64,000 bases of DNA. It comes from Synechococcus sp. Its GTDB lineage: Bacteria > Cyanobacteriota > Cyanobacteriia > PCC-6307 > Cyanobiaceae. The stretch spans positions 352,136-416,135 of the forward strand of contig JBJBDC010000001.1 of assembly GCA_047285535.1 (NCBI GenBank). The letters run 5' to 3'. A program made the position numbers and the translations under genes. Numbering within the stretch: the first letter of the stretch is position 1; each line of letters opens with the position of its first letter. Positions 61,819 to 64,000 of this stretch are shown in pieces. The notes under the pieces are model-generated. The model had not been told where the DNA came from and did not search any database. It saw nothing but the letters and a program-made list of their open reading frames with translations.

Positions 61819-62358
61819 ATGCGTTCCCGTTTCACGATTACTGCTATGGCCTTAATGGCCGGATTGGCTTTCTCTCCTGTTCAGGTTTTAGCGCAGTCCT
61901 CGGAGGGACCTAATCCCTCTGTGAGCAAGGTGTTGGCATCAGGTGGAGCTGGTTTCAATGTTGCTGCTGTCCGTACTCTTCTTAATCGCGGCGATGCTGC
62001 AGTGGCATCAGGCAATCTGGATCAAGCCAAGACTGATTACGACAATGCTCGTACAGCAGCGAAGCAACTTCTGGCTTTTTATAGAGATTTAAGTGGTGCC
62101 TTCAGAGGTCTTGATGCTCGTATCCCTAGGGAAATGGATTCAAAAGGACGGGAAGCTCTATCCCTATTGGCACAAGCAAATTTGCGTTTAGCGGCTCTGT
62201 TCAGACGTCAGAATCAACCAGAGGTCGCTGTGCCAGTGCTGGTCGAGGTGGTGCGTTTGATGACTCCTGCCAGCACCGAAGGCCAGAAGGCCTATCAAAG
62301 CTTGGTGGAACTCGGGTTTGTCGAGACACCCTTTGCTGGCGCGAAGGCCACCCCATAA
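61819..62358 (+). CDS. Conserved exported helical (TPR-like) protein
   Basis: Signal peptide ending VLA-Q; helical repeats; [21 protein letters not shown]. Confidence 0.75.
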   Translation: MRSRFTITAMALMAGLAFSPVQVLAQSSEGPNPSVSKVLASGGAGFNVAAVRTLLNRGDAAVASGNLDQAKTDYDNARTAAKQLLAFYRDLSGAFRGLDARIPREMDSKGREALSLLAQANLRLAALFRRQNQPEVAVPVLVEVVRLMTPASTEGQKAYQSLVELGFVETPFAGAKATP

Positions 62359-62428
62359 GCAGCCATCGACCAGAAGACTCACCAACGTCGTTGATCTGCC
62401 AGCATCACCTCAGTTCAACTGCGTGTGC

Positions 62429-62662
62429 ATGGTTCAGCCAGATGCTGTGAGTTCGGCGATTCGCCGAGCTCTTCCAGATGCTCAGGTTTCAGTCGAAGAC
62501 CTCACAGGAGGTGGGGACCATCTACAGGTGACAGTGGTCTCCTCCAAATTCGAGGGTCTTAACCGAATCAAGCAGCACCAATTGGTGTATGGCGCGTTGC
62601 GCGAGGATCTTGCCAGCGAGGCCATTCATGCATTAGCCCTTGTTACATCAACACCTGGCTAA
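62429..62662 (+). CDS. bolA: BolA family protein
   Basis: [24 protein letters not shown]......IHAL; adjacent to grxD. Confidence 0.92.
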   Translation: MVQPDAVSSAIRRALPDAQVSVEDLTGGGDHLQVTVVSSKFEGLNRIKQHQLVYGALREDLASEAIHALALVTSTPG

Positions 62663-62708
62663 TTGCTCGATCGTTAAGTCTTCAATTCCTATTTACCCTC
62701 TCCGACCC

Positions 62709-63032
62709 ATGGATTCCAAAACAAAAGAGCGTATCGAGACACTGATCAACTCCAGTCCGATTTTTGTCTTCATGAAGGGTACGAAGCTTATGCCTCAGTG
62801 CGGGTTCTCAAACAATGTTGTTCAAATTCTCAATGCTCTTGGAATGAGTTTTGAGACCTTTGATGTTTTGACAGATATGGAAATACGTCAGGGAATCAAG
62901 GATTATTCCGAATGGCCAACCATTCCTCAGGTTTATGTCAAAGGGGAATTTATGGGTGGGTCCGACATCTTGATCGAGATGTATAACAGCGGCGAACTAA
63001 AAGAGAAATTAGAAGTTGAACTCGCTAGCTAG
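62709..63032 (+). CDS. grxD: Monothiol glutaredoxin Grx4
   Basis: FMKGT, CGFS, WPTIPQ, GGSDI. Confidence 0.95.
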   Translation: MDSKTKERIETLINSSPIFVFMKGTKLMPQCGFSNNVVQILNALGMSFETFDVLTDMEIRQGIKDYSEWPTIPQVYVKGEFMGGSDILIEMYNSGELKEKLEVELAS

Positions 63033-63039
63033 TCCTCCC

Positions 63040-63312
63040 TTACCAATCGCGACGGGGATGGCTGAACAGGGTGCTGACATCCCCATCAGGTCCGATAAAG
63101 CTTGATGGGTCCATGATCCAGCGTTCAATCATCTCCTCAAGTCGGGTCATTTCTCTTGTTTCCAAAGCGCTTGATCGTCTTAGAGCGTGTAGATAGCCAT
63201 CGGCATAAAGCCTCAGCTCTGATGGACTGTGATATCTGGTGGTCAGTTCCTGACACGCATCGCACAGCGACTGGAAGTGTCGAATGGCCTCCGGATGCTG
63301 AAGGGATGTCAT
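63040..63312 (-). CDS. Conserved cyanobacterial small protein (DUF6761-like)
   Basis: LQHPEAIRHFQSLCDA...ELRLYADGYLHAL pattern. Confidence 0.7.
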   Translation of the reverse strand: MTSLQHPEAIRHFQSLCDACQELTTRYHSPSELRLYADGYLHALRRSSALETREMTRLEEMIERWIMDPSSFIGPDGDVSTLFSHPRRDW

Positions 63313-63388
63313 CTTTAATGTGTGCTGAAGCCTCTGCTACCAGCTATCGGTGGAATGGTACTAGCGTAAGCACGATTTTCCCTGCTGT

Positions 63389-64000
63389 GTGACCTCTTTA
63401 TCTCGGGATCTTCTGGACAACAGTTCTGATTTGGTCCCCACCTCGCAATTTGTCCCGTCTGCAGGTCAGCCCCGAGAGCCTTTCAGGGTTCTTGTGGTAG
63501 AACCCCATCCCACGCTGAGAACCGTTCTGGTTCAACGTTTGCGTCAAGACGGTCATCTGACTGCTGCGGTTGCTTCACCTGCTGAAGCTCAAGAGCTTTG
63601 TCAGGATCAATCTCCTGATTTATTGGTCAGTGCGGAGCTGCTTGAGCAAAGTTCAGCTCTGCGCCTAGCCCAGCAACTGCGCGCGCCCGTCATTGTCTTA
63701 ACAGCCCGAAATGGCGCAGAACCTGTTGTAGGACTGCTTGACGATGGCGCTGACGATGTTCTTCGTAAGCCTTTTGGGCTTGAGGAGTTAGCGGCACGCT
63801 GCCGCACATTGCTCAAACGCGGCCACAGCGGTTTGCAGGAGCGTGTCAGTGTTGGCCCCCTAGAGGTTCACCTTCTCCTTCGTCAAGTGACCTTGCGAGA
63901 AAAGCCCGTTGAGCTCAGCCCAAGAGAATTCGCTCTGCTCTGCGCATTGTTGATGCCTCCGGGAATGGTGCGCAGTCGACAGGAATTACTACGTATGGCA
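63389..64000 (+). CDS. OmpR-family response regulator with atypical receiver (3' truncated by the window edge)
   Basis: Manual translation from GTG 63389: RVLVVEPHP...PDLLVSAELL...PVIVLTA...GADD.LRKPF.LEEL.AR...ELSPREF.LL. Confidence 0.88.
   Translation, partial: MTSLSRDLLDNSSDLVPTSQFVPSAGQPREPFRVLVVEPHPTLRTVLVQRLRQDGHLTAAVASPAEAQELCQDQSPDLLVSAELLEQSSALRLAQQLRAPVIVLTARNGAEPVVGLLDDGADDVLRKPFGLEELAARCRTLLKRGHSGLQERVSVGPLEVHLLLRQVTLREKPVELSPREFALLCALLMPPGMVRSRQELLRMA

Overview
Chromosomal segment of a marine picocyanobacterium (Synechococcus-like, inferred from gene content and order). Core blocks are folP(5' end)-tpiA-S4 protein / MsbA-like exporter / alanine symporter-carB / rsfS-CGLD27-asparaginase II-initiator tRNA-Met, GMC oxidoreductase, cbiX, mscS, SulP, an Aap/Bzt-type amino-acid ABC operon, alkB, metA-metY, an SbcD/YhaN-like pair, stpA, arsS, fur, a POR-like SDR, ycf54-pdxJ, plsC, bolA-grxD and an atypical OmpR-family regulator. 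Features missed by the ORF track include a 35-aa DUF4278 peptide behind an NtcA box and a glutamine-II (Downstream-peptide) riboswitch, and an AEC transporter pseudogene split by an inserted gene. An AT-rich decaying island (~28.8-37.7 kb) holds a tyrosine-integrase pseudogene, several GC-rich hairpin elements, a cloverleaf tRNA-like element with a terminator, a truncated rubrerythrin, and a full-length psbA pseudogene with low-oxygen D1'-like residues. The best candidates for undescribed biology are a highly divergent GpsA-like dehydrogenase paired divergently with stpA, the tRNA-like RNA, a multi-branch RNA element, and a kinase/DOMON/lytic-transglycosylase module. No CRISPR array, rRNA or intact mobile element was seen. 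All family assignments come from motif recognition by eye; no searches were run.
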